A stretch of 62,134 bases of DNA, filler included, from Malassezia furfur (taxonomy: Eukaryota), in the NCBI GenBank assembly GCA_052055015.1. It is 4 parts of 4 records of this genome, joined end to end, with 100 filler letters (N's around TTAATTAATTAA, not from the genome) between each part and the next. Parts side by side here need not be neighbours in the genome. Positions count along the whole stretch, not along the records: positions 15,617 to 31,094 come from JBQJIT010000272.1; positions 31,195 to 46,618 come from JBQJIT010000273.1; 2 more parts are not named here. One strand, 5' to 3'. The notes under the pieces were generated by a model, which ran no database searches, was not told the DNA's origin, and saw only the letters and a list, made by a program, of their open reading frames with translations. Positions 20,801 through 33,492 of the stretch are shown here, in pieces; position 1 is the first letter of the stretch; each line of letters begins with the position of its first letter. The position numbers were made by a program, and so were the translations under genes.

Positions 20801-23034
20801 ATGCCCCGGAGCAACATGACGACGGGGAGCGCCGAAGGTCGGCAAGCGCGCAACAAGACGCGCGAGAAATCCCAGTCCAAGCTTGTTGTCGCTGAGGAAG
20901 ACGACACGAGCACCGTCGACGGGGACAACTCGACTGAATATACCGATGAAACAGACGAAACCGATGAAACAGAAACGGAGACGGACAGTGTTGTGACGTC
21001 ATCGACACAGACAGACGATGACGATGACGAAGATGACGATGACGAAGATGATGAAGATGAGGACGATGAGGACGACGACGATGAGGAGGAGGACGATGAC
21101 GACGATGACGATGACGACCAGTCTGCGGAAGAAGACGAGGATGACGAAAACGATGAGTCAGATGCGTCGTCGACACATACTACCACGACGGAGCGCAAAG
21201 TCTTGGACGAGCCGGGCTTGTCCTCGGCAGCCATTCGGAAAACTCAAAAGATGGAACGGGTACAGGACCCAAGCGAGCCTCTCGATCTTGAGACTGCCAA
21301 GGCGATTATTGCCTCGACACCACACTCTGATTTTTTGCCTCCTTCTGTGGGTGCAGAGTCCATGATCGAGCCCAAGATGATCATACAAAACCCCTTCTCG
21401 GAAGAGCGCGCCTCGAACGCCGACGTGGACAAAGTCACGAAACAAACCGAGGCTCTACGGATACCACCGGCCAAACTGCCACTTGGTGCAGCGCGCCAGA
21501 TTGCTGCAAACGAGAAAGCAGAGAAGATGAACGACTCCGAATACGACCTGATTCTCGCACGCATGGTGGCCCAGAACCGCAAACTGAACCAGGACCCTCG
21601 CGCCATGCGGCGGAGTGCGCTGGGGATCGGAAAATTACGCCAAAGCTTTGAGCATCTGCAGCAGCGTAACCAGCCTCGTTCTGAGACCGAAGCGGACGGT
21701 GTCGGTGCAGGCAGCAAAGAGTTTGGCGTAGGCAATGTCCTGAAGGAAGACGACGCTTCAGATGGGGTTGACCAGGAGAGCGATACCGTGGAGAAGATTG
21801 ATTGGGAATTCTGGGGTGGCCTGATCAATGACTACAATACCATTCTGGCAACAAGCCCCATCGAGCTCAGCAAGGCCATTTACTCAGGTATTCCGTCGGC
21901 GTTGCGTGGCATGATGTGGCAACTTCTAAGCAGCAGCAAAGACGAGGACCTTGAGGCACAGTATGCCAAATACCTGAGTCTTCCTTGTCCACAGGAGCGT
22001 GACATCCGGCGTGATTTGAATCGGACGTTCCCCACACAAGATTACTTCAAGGATGCCAAGGGGGTAGGCCAGGAACAGCTATACAATGTGGTCAAGGCCT
22101 ATTCTCTGTTTGACCCCGAATGTGGCTATTGTCAAGGCATGCAATTTGTTGTGGGGCCGCTGCTGCTCAACATGCCCGACGAGGAAGCCTTTAGCACGTT
22201 GGTGCGTCTCATGCAGAACTACGATCTGCGTGGTCACTTTATTCCCAACATGCCGTCGCTCCAGCTGCGACTGTACCAATTTGACCGGCTACTGGAAGAA
22301 ACCCAGCCTGTGCTTCATTTGCATTTCACGCGCCGTGGCATCAAAAGCAGCATGTATGCGAGCCAATGGTTTATGACACGTACGTGACCCATCACTGACC
22401 CAGTCTTGTATGTGATGTTGAATAACCCAGTTCCTATCGATTCCCGCTCGAGGTGGTGTATCGCATTTTGGACTCGATTTTCGCCGAGGGCATCGAGGCC
22501 ATGTTCCGCTTCGCACTTGCGCTCTTGCAAAAGAACGAGAGTAAACTTCTTGAACTCGACTTTGAAGAGTGCCTGAATTTCCTTAAACTGCACCTTGTGG
22601 ACGCCTACATGGTACGTCAGAGGCTGACGCAGTCGGAGCCGAACGACCACCAACAGGAAGCTGCGCCGCATGTGCGCGTGGGTGAGCTGGTGCGCGATGC
22701 GTTTGCGGTCAAGATTTCTCCGTACACGCTAGACTCGTTTGCGAACGAGTTCTATGACCAGGCCAAGTCGGCCAACGAGCGCTCGGTCGAGATGGAGGCC
22801 CTTCGGATGGTGAACCGAAACCTGCGTCTAAAGGTACAGGCGCTCGAAGAGCAGCTGAGTCAAGTGAGTGCCGAGCACGTCGACCTGGTCAAGCGTGTGG
22901 TCATGTCCAAGCTTTCACAAGAAGAGATGGCCGAGGAGCTCGTGCGCTACAAGGTCATGTACGCCGAGGCGGTCCTCCAAAACGAGGTTGCCGGCCGCTC
23001 GGACCGTGCGGCCTCCACTCCGATCGCAGAATGA
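20801..23034 (+). CDS. GYP5: TBC-domain Rab GAP (Gyp5/Evi5-like) with acidic N-terminal tract
   Basis: GIPSALRGMMW, IRRDLNRTFP, GYCQG, YASQWFMTLFSYRFPL after splicing introns 22380-22403 and 22408-22430 (4-nt exon 22404-22407). Probable 21-nt intron at 22612-22632. Confidence 0.9.
21013..21157 (+). repeat. Coding GAY/GAR trinucleotide-rich tract (poly-D/E)
   Basis: GACGATGACGATGACGAAGAT..., encoding ~45 mostly acidic residues. Confidence 0.9.
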
Positions 23035-23167
23035 ACATAGCTCGAACTCGGCGAACGGCGCAACCGCAAAGAATTAGCTAAGCACACTCCGGCCTGCTGC
23101 GCCCCGCGTCGCGAACGGAACCGCGTTTCACAAGGAACCGACCGGCTCACTCCGTGGGACTGCTGGT

Positions 23168-25274
23168 ATGATGGAAGGCAGCAAGGTTCCAGTCCTGTGT
23201 TCAGGATGGGTGCTGAAGAAGAAGAAGAAGAAGATTCAGGGTACGTTGGATGTACGCCAACTCAGGTTATGCCAAGCGCTGGCTGGTGCTTCTCCAGGAC
23301 GGCACACTGTTCTACTCGATCAACCCCAATAAGAGCCCGCGCGGTATCATTGACGTGCCGCACGCCAGTGTCAGCTCGGATATTCGTCACGGTATGTTCT
23401 AGACATACTCACGCAGGCACCATCCATGTCGACAGCGGGTCAAACGTGTTCCGTGCGTGTGGGCTACTAACGCAGACCTCAAGATGTTGAGCGACGCCGA
23501 CTTTGAGAAATGGCGGAACATGTTGCGCAAGTTCCTGCACGGTCAACCAAGCGAAATCAGCACGCCGTCAGATGTCCGTCCCACCGCGCAATTGGTGGAC
23601 AAGGCCGACGAATTGCTGCAATCGTGCATGGTTTCGCTTCAGAACCTCTCCAGCAGTGACAGCAACCCAGAGATCCGCCATGTGCTGGACAAGCTAGAGG
23701 AGCTCCGGAAAAAGCATGGAGAAATCCGGACGGCGTCCTCGCGGCGTGCGTCAGGCGAATTTGGCATCTCGCGGATGGGCACACCCGTAGGCCACTCGCT
23801 GGCCTCGGGGAGTCCTTCCATGTCGCCGCTCCCTGGCTCTGCCATGGGCGGCGGAGTTGTGGGGTCGTCTGCATCGACGTTCAGTGCCGCGGATGACGGA
23901 GACTTTTACGATGCGTATGACGACTTTGAAGGAGTCGAGTACCAGATCGAGGAGGAACCTGGACATGCCGCGGACGTGGGTGACGACAGCGAAGACGACG
24001 GTGAAGAAAGCAGCGAGCCCGATGAAAGCGAACCGATGTCGTCAATCGAGGCGGCCAAGTCGACCACTGCTCAGGCGCAAATGGTGACGTACCGTAAGGA
24101 GTTGCCTGCGCCTGTGTCGGGTGAGGAAGTGTCGCTCTTCAGCATGCTCAAGAAGAATGTCGGCAAGGACTTGTCGACCATCTCGTTCCCGGTAACATTC
24201 AACTGCCCTCTGTCTCTGCTGCAGGCCGTTGCTGAGGAGTACGAATACGCCCCCGACCTGTTGGAACGTGCCGTGCAATCAAACGACCCTGTCGAACGGC
24301 TCTCGCTGGTCGGTGCGTTTGCCGTGAGTGGCTATGCATCGACCATCCAGCGCTCGAGTCGGAAACCGTTCAACCCCCTGCTGGGCGAGACGTACGAGTG
24401 TGTGCGTGCTGACCGCAACTTGTTCTTTGTGGCCGAAAAGGTGGTGCATCGCCCTCCGATTGTCGCGGCGTATGCGCAAGGGAAGGGCTGGAAGGCCTCG
24501 TCCTCGGGCACGGTGAAGAACAAATTCTGGGGAAAGTCGCTCGAGCTGATTGCCGAGGGCAGCGAGATCGTCGAGCTCGACACGGGCGAAGTGTACAGCA
24601 TTACCAAGCCAAGTTCCTTTATGCGTAACCTGCTGGCGGGCAACAAATACCTCGAGCACGTCGGAGAAATGACCGTGACCGAGCTCAAGAGCAACTTGCG
24701 CCTTGTGATCCAGTTCAAGGAGTCGAGTATGTTTGGTGGTGCGAGCTCGCGCAACCACGTTGTGGGAACGATGTATGACGCGAATGGCTCCGAGATTGCG
24801 ACATTCAAGGGCAAGTGGGACGAGCAGTTTGCGCGGCAAATCGACAAGGAACATCTCCAAGTGTTGTGGGAGGCAGCGCCAATGCCGCCTAACTCGACCA
24901 AGTACTATGGTTTCACCAACTTTGCCATGTCGCTCAACGAAGTAACACCGGATGTGCAAAACATCCTGCCGCCGACTGACTCGCGCCTGCGTCCGGACCA
25001 GCGCGCGCTAGAGGACGGCGACGTGGACACCGCCGAGAATCTCAAGGCGCAGCTTGAAGGCCGCCAGCGTGAGCGACGAAAGGCACTGGAAGAGGGTGGG
25101 GGAACGTACACACCCCAGTGGTTCCACCTGAACCCTAAGAAGGGCGAGCATGACCCCGAGTACATCTACGGCGGCGCTGCGAGTGATTCGGACTACTTCC
25201 AGAAACGCAAGGCGGTTGCCCAAGGCCGTGCTCAGTGGGAGGTGCAAGGCGCCACCATTTTCCAGGACAAGTAG
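23168..25274 (+). CDS. OSH3: Oxysterol-binding protein homolog with PH domain (Osh3-like)
   Basis: GWVLKKKKKKIQG|YAKRW PH domain; NVGKDLS, RKPFNPLLGETYE, EKVVHRPP, PTDSRLRPDQ. Introns at 23241-23265, 23392-23416 and 23453-23475. Confidence 0.88.
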
Positions 25275-25386
25275 GTGCCAAGACATTTTCCCTCTTCGCA
25301 TCATGCCCAACGCACAGGAGCCCATGCAGCGCGCACCGGGGCCCGTCTGTTTGTATACTCTCTGTGCACACGTGAAACCAGCGCCT

Positions 25387-25479
25387 GGCCGGTTAGCACA
25401 ATTGGTAGTGTGTCTGACTACGAAGGTCCTCTGGACCGAGCACATCAGGAGGTTGCGGGTTCGAGCCCCGTGCTGGTCA
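25387..25479 (+). tRNA. tRNA-Arg(ACG) with 20-nt intron 25424-25443
   Basis: Cloverleaf with GGCCGGT/GCTGGTC acceptor stem, anticodon ACG at 25420-25422, GGTTCGAGC T-loop and a downstream T-run. Confidence 0.95.
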
Positions 25480-25550
25480 ATCTTTTTTCTTTATGCGCGA
25501 AGCGCACTAGCCCCTCAAGAAGGCATCGGGGAACGCTGGAAGCTAGGAAC

Positions 25551-25643
25551 GGCCGGTTAGCACAATTGGTAGTGTGTCTGACTACGAAAGTCCATTGGAC
25601 TGAGCATATCAGGAGGTTGCGGGTTCGAGCCCCGTGCTGGTCA
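25551..25643 (+). tRNA. tRNA-Arg(ACG), second copy, 20-nt intron 25588-25607
   Basis: Exons identical to copy 1. TTTTTT Pol III terminator follows immediately. Confidence 0.95.
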
Positions 25644-25806
25644 TTTTTTGTTTTTGGGCTTAACCCCTGGCAAATTAATTTTTTTGTTTCCAATCAAGCC
25701 TGGTCTAGCCAAAAATGGCCCAAATCCGTGCACGGACCCGTGGCTTGTCTCTTATCGTTTGTACCTGCAGGCGTCTCGGTCGTTCGACTGTCCAATCTAT
25801 GTCGGT

Positions 25807-28800
25807 CTATGAATGGATCACAATTGGCTCAAACAAGTCCTGGAGGAGGTCCTGGTTGATAGCGTCCCAGTCGACGCCCGTGCACACCGTTTCGTTGGCG
25901 TATGCAGCGCGCGACACATACACAAAGAACGGCTCGAGGGCTTGCATGGTATCGGCGCGGGCGATGCCGAGCATAGGACGGCGCAGGGCTGGGGGCGGCT
26001 CTGACCATGGGTCGGGCGGCGTATGATCAAGGTGCTCGATAGCGACGCGGCCGATGCAGTCGAGGAGTGACTCTGGGATCCATTCTGCAGGCGGGTCGAC
26101 GGCGTCCGGCGTGTCGGTGATGAGGAGCCACTGGTGGATCTGAAAGTCCTCGGTCTGCAGCGTGAGCAGGTAGTCGGCGAGCTTGGCAGTGCTGAACAGC
26201 AGGTGGATGGCGTCCGAGTGGTCCTTGGGCAGCTCCGTCTTGGCCTTGCCAAAGAGGCGGAGGAGCTCGGTGAGGATGATGGGCCAGAAGCCTGCGAGGT
26301 GCTGAGACGCAAAGCGGCACAACAGCACGCGCATGCACAGGTAGATTTCCGCCTGGACAAGCTCGGGCGCGTTGGAACGGAGCACGTCGACGGCCTTTTC
26401 CTGGATGAGCGGGAGCTGTGCCAGGAAGGTGTTGCGTTCGCCTGCATAAATCGTGTAGGCGAGGCGGCGGATGCTCACGGTGCGCGCGAGCAAATCTGTC
26501 TCGCGCGAGGTGAACAGGTTGTTGGTGGGCGTCGTGGCGATGCGCCCCACGACGTCCACGAGGCGGTCGCGCTCGGCGACGTACAGCGTCGCAACCATGG
26601 GCGACCACTGCCGCCCAGCGGCCGGGGGCAGCGAGAAGAACTTGGCGTCCGTGAAGGTGTCGACAACGAGCGTGCGCCACGTCTTGATCGTGCCGGGCAC
26701 GCGGCACACCGCCGCGAGCAGCTCCAAGACGAGCGGGTCGATGTCCATGGTACGCTGCCGCGCGCGGAAGCCGGGCGTCAGCACGTAGTAGACGAGGCTC
26801 GTGCACAGCGCCACGCTCTTGTCCGTATCGACCGCAAGCGGCTCGAGCGCGGGCAGGAGTGTCGTCGCAAAAAACGCGACGACGAGCGCGGGCGCGGGCG
26901 CTACGGCGCTCGTGTCTGCCGACTGCGCGTCGTCCGGGGTATCGTCGGTGTGCGACGCCGAGTCGCTGTCCCGCGCGCCGCGGCGCGAGGCGCTCACATC
27001 GAGCGTGCGCGCATAGAGCGAGATGACCTGCTCGCACAGGCGCACGAGGGTATCCTGGACGTCGCGGCGCGTGCGGCGGTCCTCGTACGCGCGCGACGCC
27101 GCGAGCGGCACGCCGGCGGCCGCGACGACGCGCAGCGTCGAGAAGACGAGCGCCTTGTTCGCCGCGTGGTTGCTCGCGATGTTCTTGGCGAGCAGCGAGA
27201 GGAGCGGCCACGTCTGTGCCACGCCGTCCGCGCCGAGCTGCGCGAGGTAGCGCTCGAGGAACCGGAAAAACACCAGCTCGCCCAGCAGCGCACGCGGTGC
27301 GGTGCGCTTGCGCTCGGCGGCGTGCGCGAGGCGCGACGTGATGGCGTCGCTCAGCGACGAGACCAGAACCTGCGGACTCGCCGCGAGGCACTCGAGCAGC
27401 GCGACTGTCGCGTCGTGCACGGCATCGGTGCGTGCGTCGTCCGCGTCGTGCACCGCGCGCGCCCACCACAGCTCGACGACCGCCTCGATCGTGAGTGCGG
27501 CGTGCTGCCGGTACACGCGCTCGAGTGTCGCCGTCGCCTGCGCAAGCACGGGGCCCGACACGGGCTGCGCCGCGTCCGCGCCTTGGGCGGCGCTCCACAC
27601 GTACGCCAGCACCTGCACAGTGTGCGCTGCGACGCGCAGCGCGGGAGGCACGGTGCCGAGCGCGCTCGGTGCCGCCTCGCTTGCAAACACGCTCGAGATG
27701 TTCCCCAGGAAGCCCGTGGGGCCCGCCAGCTCCGGGTCCGCGGCGCGCTCGGCGTCGCTCGGCGCACCGTGCGCGAGCGCCTGGAGCAGCGTCGGCTCCA
27801 CAGCGCCGATGAGGCGCACGAGCGCGTCCTCGGACGCCGCGCCGTGCTCGTGCCGCGCACGGCGTGCGGGCAGCAACGCGTCGCTGGCCGCGTCGCCGAC
27901 GAAGCGGTGCATGGCGCCGGCCAGCAGCTCGCCGAGACTCGTGCACAGCGGCAGCAAGAACGCCGTCGCCTCGTCCCGCGCGAACGGCAGCAGCTGCGCG
28001 AGGAACGCGGTCCACGCAAACAGCGCGCCGTCGCTCGGCGCGTCGTACAGCCCCCGGCGCACGAGCTCGGCGAAGAGCGCGCCCGACTCGGCGTCGAGCA
28101 GCACATGCCGCGTCTCGACGACCGAGTGCACCGCCGCGAGCAGCGCGATCTGCGCCGCGCCGTCGCGCCGCGCCAGCGCAATCAGCAGCGCCTCGACGAG
28201 GTGGTGCTGGATGTCGGCGCACCACGCACGGTCGACCGACTCGACGGCCAGCACGCGGCCGACGAGCGCGAGGCACAGCGCGTGCGTCGCCTCGTTGCCG
28301 GCCGCGAGCCAGTCGTTCGGCGGCGGCGCAGAGCGCAGCAGGAGCACAACGTGCTCGGTGAGCACATCGAGCACGCTCGCCTCGCCGTGCGGCGTCGCGT
28401 GCGCCGCGCGCAGCAGCGGCGCGCCGCCGAGCTCCAGGAGCGTCCCGAGCGTCTCGAGGTGGTAGTTCTGCACGTCCTGGTCGAACGCGTTTGCGTACTC
28501 GTACGCCTGCACGGCGCGGCCCGCGATACTGAGCGTCTTGGGCACACGCTCGGCGTGCACGGCGCGCAGGCGGTCGACCACGAGCGCGAGCAGCACGGCG
28601 TAGTCCGCGACGTACATGCGCAGCCACAGGCGGCTCGCGCTGCGCTCGGGCACGTGGGCAGAGCGTACGCCGTCGAGCACGAGCAGCACGGGCGCCAGCA
28701 GCTCGGCGGCGTGCCCCGACGCGACGGCCGAGCGCCACAGCGTGCCGAGCGCCTCGAGCGTCGCGTCGCGTGCCGCGCCGTCGGTCAGTCGCGTGCACAG

Positions 28801-31077
28801 GATGCTCGACGCCGCGTCGCTGGGCGAGCACGCACGCAGCGCCCAGAACAGCTCGGCGGCCTCGGCGTGGTGCGTCGACGCGCCGGGGCGCAGGTGGGCG
28901 AGCAGTGCCAGCAGCACGGGCTCGTAGTGCGCGTACGAGGCAAAGCGCACCGTGCCAGGCACCGCCTCGCTCGATGCCATGCGCATCGCGACACGGAGCA
29001 GCGCGACAAACTCGGGGAACGCGAGCGGCGTCGCAAGGTACGCCAGCATGCGCACGTCCCATGCCGCGGCGTCGAATGGCTCAAGCCGCGTCGCGCCGGG
29101 CTTCTGTGCGTCGTCGCCGGCACTCGGGATGCTCTGCGCGGCATCGAGGCGCTCGAGCGTCGCCAGCAGCAGGCGGAAACAGTGCAGCGACGCCACGTGC
29201 CGCGCCGCGTCCGGCCAGGCTGCGACGTGCGGCGCACGTTCTAGGCCCATGGCCAGCAGCCGCTCTACCAACTGCGTGCACTGCCCCTGGTCCTGCAGCG
29301 TCGCGACCTGCTCGACTGCGCCGCCGTCGACGTACAAAAACGTCGCCGCATACCCGAGCGGCCGCACGCTCGAGGCCATGTGCTGCACATACACGCGCGC
29401 GGGCAGCGCCGCTTGGATCTGCTCGAGCAGCGCCAAGACATCGAGCGCGAGCGGCGCACGCAGCGCACCTGCGCCCATCTTGCCGTACACCCACTCGACG
29501 AGCACGAGGTACAGCGCGGGGAGATGCGCCGACACAGCGTCCTCGTCGTGGTGCACAAACACACGCAGCATCGCAGCAAACAGGCGCACCGCCGAACCGT
29601 ACCGCGGCACGGCGTCCGGCTCGTTGAACTCGTCGCGCAGCGCAACAAACAGCTGCTGGTACAGTACGTAGGCGTTCACCGACTCAAACAGCATCTGCGC
29701 CGTCGGGAACAGCTCCGAGCCTTCATGCAGCTGCGCGTCATGCACAAGTGCCGCAAACGCGTCGAGCAAAACGGCGCGCTGCAGCGGCTGCCCAATGGCC
29801 GCCTTGTCCATGAGCGACACGAGGATCTTGTATGGGCGCTGCTGCGCCGCACCGTCGCCACCGCGCACCTGCATGCCATTGCGCAGCGCCTCGGTAACGT
29901 ACGGCAAGGCGTGCTGGTGGAAGTAAGCCTGCTGCGCCTCGTCTGTCTCGCTCGGGCCCAGCAGCCACGCGTACAGCCGGCGGTTCAGGCTGATGTCGCG
30001 CCGCAGCACTGCGCCAATCGCCGCATCCAGCAGCAGCACACGGTCGCCGTGCGCAATCTCGCCAAACGCCTGCGACGCGAGCGGCAAGTGCACCACGAGA
30101 AAGTCGAGCGCGTTGCGGCGCACCAGCAGCGAGTCGTCACCGAGTGTGTGCACAAAGCCGCGCACCAGCACGTTGGGGCGCAACGCATCGAGCGGCATGC
30201 CGGGCTCTGCCGCCGCCGCCGGCGCCACCGTGTCCACCGATGTGTCGCCTGCGCCGTCCACCGACACGTCCGCATCGACCTTGGCGCCGCGCAGCTTGGG
30301 CATGCGCCGCGCAAGGTAGTTGAGCGCGCTCAGGCGGATCGCCTTGGACGAAATGAGCACGAGCCAGATGTTTTGCAAAAAGAACTCGCGACTCACCGAC
30401 GCGGCGATCTGGTCGAGCAGGCGCACGACACGGTCAAAGAACTCGCTCGACTCTTCTTCGAGGCCAGGCAGAAGCGAGAGCAGCAGCGCATGCGTCACGG
30501 GGCGCAAGTCGGCGTTCAGCGGCACATAGAAGCGGTCAAAGATGTCCAGCAGCGCCGGACGTACCGACGTCGCCGCGTTCTGGAAAAAGGGCAGCAGTCC
30601 GGGCGTCCACACGGGCAGATCGCGGCGCAGGCCGTCCACGCCGATCACCGTGAAAATGTGGCTGTACACGTCGAGCGCACGCGCGTGCACGCCCGACGGC
30701 AGCGCGGGGTTCAGGCACTGCGACAGACGCTTGGCGACAATGAGCTTGTGGGGAATCGCATTAAACTTGGGCGCGCCTTGCAGCGTCTTGAGCAGGCGCG
30801 AAAGGAACGAGATAAAGTCGGCCCACTCGCTCACATTCTCAAAGCGCGCCAGGGCCCGCTCAACGTTGGCCTGGTGCCGCTTGAACTGCGTGTCGCTCTG
30901 CAGCGCTAGGCGTCAGTCGTCGGTCTACGCACCCATTTCGCTGTGCTCCGCCCACCGCTTCTGCTCGTACTTGGCCGCAGCGCTCCGCCACGCGTCCGCG
31001 GACTCTTCGACGTCGCTCACTGTCGCGTGCGTCGCGGCTGCCCGCGACACCAGCGCGTCGGGGTTCCACCCTGGCAT
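25807..31077 (-). CDS. DOP1: Dopey-family protein
   Basis: EWADFISFL, KRLSQCLNPALPSGVH, LLPGLEEE, RRDISLNRRLYAWLLG. 27-nt intron at 30906-30932. Confidence 0.95.
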
Positions 31078-31094
31078 GGGTCGTGGCGAGATGG

Positions 31095-31194
31095 NNNNNN
31101 NNNNNNNNNNNNNNNNNNNNNNNNNNNNNNNNNNNNNNTTAATTAATTAANNNNNNNNNNNNNNNNNNNNNNNNNNNNNNNNNNNNNNNNNNNN
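31095..31194. other. Artificial contig linker
   Basis: N44-TTAATTAATTAA-N44. Confidence 0.99.
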
Positions 31195-31263
31195 TCGCGC
31201 GCGGCGGTGTGCATGCCGCGCGCGGCGCGCGGGGCGGCGGTGGGCCGCGGAGCCTTGGATCAG

Positions 31264-33419
31264 CTATGCGCTACGCACCCCTGCGTCGGTGGTCGCGCTG
31301 GCGGCGGCCTGCGACGGCTCCGAGGCCTGCAGCTGGCTCGACATCAGCGCGCGGAACGCGGTGCCGGGCTGGTCGAGCTGCTCAAACGAGCCCGTTTCGG
31401 CGATCTGGCCATCGCGCAGCAGCATGATGGTCTTGGCCGCGCGGATGGTGCTGAGGCGGTGCGCGACGATCCACACGGTGACGTTGCCCTGCTCGATGAT
31501 CGAGGTGATGGCCTCGTTCACGAGGAGCTCCGAGGCCGAGTCGAGCGCCGAGGTCGCTTCGTCGAGGAGCTGCGTGAGTCAAAATACGTACCAGAACGCT
31601 CGGTTGGCGCACGAGCGCGCGCGCGATGGCGATGCGCTGGCGCTGGCCGCCACTGAGCTCGCGCGGGCCGATCGGCGTGTCGTAGCCGCGCGGGAGCGCC
31701 TCGATGAACTCGACGCAGTGCGCCTGCTTCGCAGCGCGCTCGATCTGCTGCTGCGTCGCGCCCGGCGTGCCGTACGCGATGTTTTCGGCGATCGTGCCCT
31801 CGAAGAGCGTCGGCTCCTGCGACACGACGCCCATGAACGAGCGGAGCGACTCGGGCTCCACGTCGCGCACGTCCTGCCCGTCGAACGACACCACGCCGGC
31901 GGTCGGCTCGTAGAAGCGCAGCAGCAGCGCGTGCACGGACGACTTGCCCGCGCCCGAGCCGCCGACGAGCGCCACGCTCGAGCCCGGCTGGATGTCGAGC
32001 GAGACGCCGTTCAGGATCGGGGTCTCGGGGCGCGTGGGGTAGCGGAAGTGCACGTTGTCGAAGCGGATGTGCCCGCCGCGGCGGTCGATCGCCGAGACGT
32101 CGAGCTTGCGGCCCTTGCCGAGCTCGATCGCCGGCTGCCGGTCGAGCAGCTGGAAGACGCGCGCGCCGGCGCCGACGCCCTTCATGAGCGACGTGAAGAA
32201 GGAGGTCATGAGCATCACACCGCCTCCGAGGTACGCCGTGTACATCAGCAGCGACGTCAGGTCGCCCACGGTCAGCTGCCCGAGGCTCACGAGGTGCCCG
32301 CCGTAGGTGAGCAGCGTGACGATCGCGCAGTTGCCCACGAACCCGAGGCCCGAGTGGAAGATGCCGCCCGCGTACGCCTCCTTGGTCTGCAGCTTGACGA
32401 TGTCGCGCACCTTGGCGTCGAAGCGCCGCGACTCGAGCGCCTGCGTGTTGAACGCGGTGATCGTGCGGAACGCGGGGGGGTTGAGGCGCTCCTCGGCGGT
32501 GCGCGTCATCTCGCCGACCGCCTCTTGCGTGCGGTTGGTCAGGTTGCGCAAGAAGCGCCCGTAGAACGCCGCGCCGAGCGCCGCGGGGGGGATGACACAC
32601 ATCATCACCAGCGTCAGCTTCGCCGAGATGTAGAACATCGCCGAGCCCGCGGCGAGCACCGTGACCGTGGAGCGCAGGCCGTCGGCGAGATCGGTGGTGA
32701 TCGCCTCGCCGACAATGTTGCAGTCCATGTTGATCCGGCTCACGGTGTCGCCCACGCCGCGGTCGGCGTACGCGACGTCCTGGCGGATCGCACTGCCAAA
32801 CGTGCGCTCGCGCATCCGCTGGATCACACGCACGCCCGCAAGCTCGAGCAGGATGTTGGACGAGGCACGCGCCACGGCGCCCAGCGCAAACACGGCAAGC
32901 AGCAGCACGGCGACCGTCGACATCGACAGGCCCCACGGCAGCTGCGCCTCGGGCGACGAGAAGAAGTCGACCACCTTGCCGATCGTGAACGGCACGCTCA
33001 GCGACACCGCCGACGCGATCAGCAGCAGCACCATCGCCGTCACCATCCCGCGGTACTCGGGCAGCATCAGCGCGTACAGCCGGCGCAGCGCCGGGAACTG
33101 CGTCCCGATCGCGCCCTGCGCATTCTGGCGCCGCGCGCGCGCCATGTCGCGCAGCGTCGAGAGGATGTGCGACACGGTGCCTGGCTCGGCGGGCTTGCCG
33201 CCCGCGGGCTTCGGCGCCGCGTCCACGCCGGGCACGCCGGGCGTCGTCCGGCGTGCCTTCCTGCGCCCATCGGGCGCTCGCATGGAGCTGGCGCAGCACA
33301 CTGCTGCGCAGGATGCCGGAGCGCGGCGCGGCCACCACGGGCCGCGCCGCACACATCGTCGTCGCAAGGCGCGGCGTGCTCACGCGCGCCACAAGGCCCA
33401 CGCGCACCACCGTCCACAT
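31264..33419 (-). CDS. MDL1: Mitochondrial half ABC transporter (Mdl1/Mdl2, ABCB10-like), with apparent frameshift near 33240
   Basis: Walker A GGSGAGKS, LSGGQRQR and LLDEATSALD after a 22-nt intron (31570-31591). The Arg-rich presequence MWTVVRVG...RQLHASARW is in a different frame from the body. Confidence 0.85.
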
Positions 33420-33492
33420 GCTGAGCGCCGCGTCGAAACGGTTGCGTGGCCAGCGCGTGCGCCGGCCGGGCCACACGCCCTCTACCACGTGA

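Noticed and set aside
25387..25643. 93-nt direct repeat as a CRISPR or LTR element
   Set aside because: It is a pair of tRNA genes in a eukaryotic genome.
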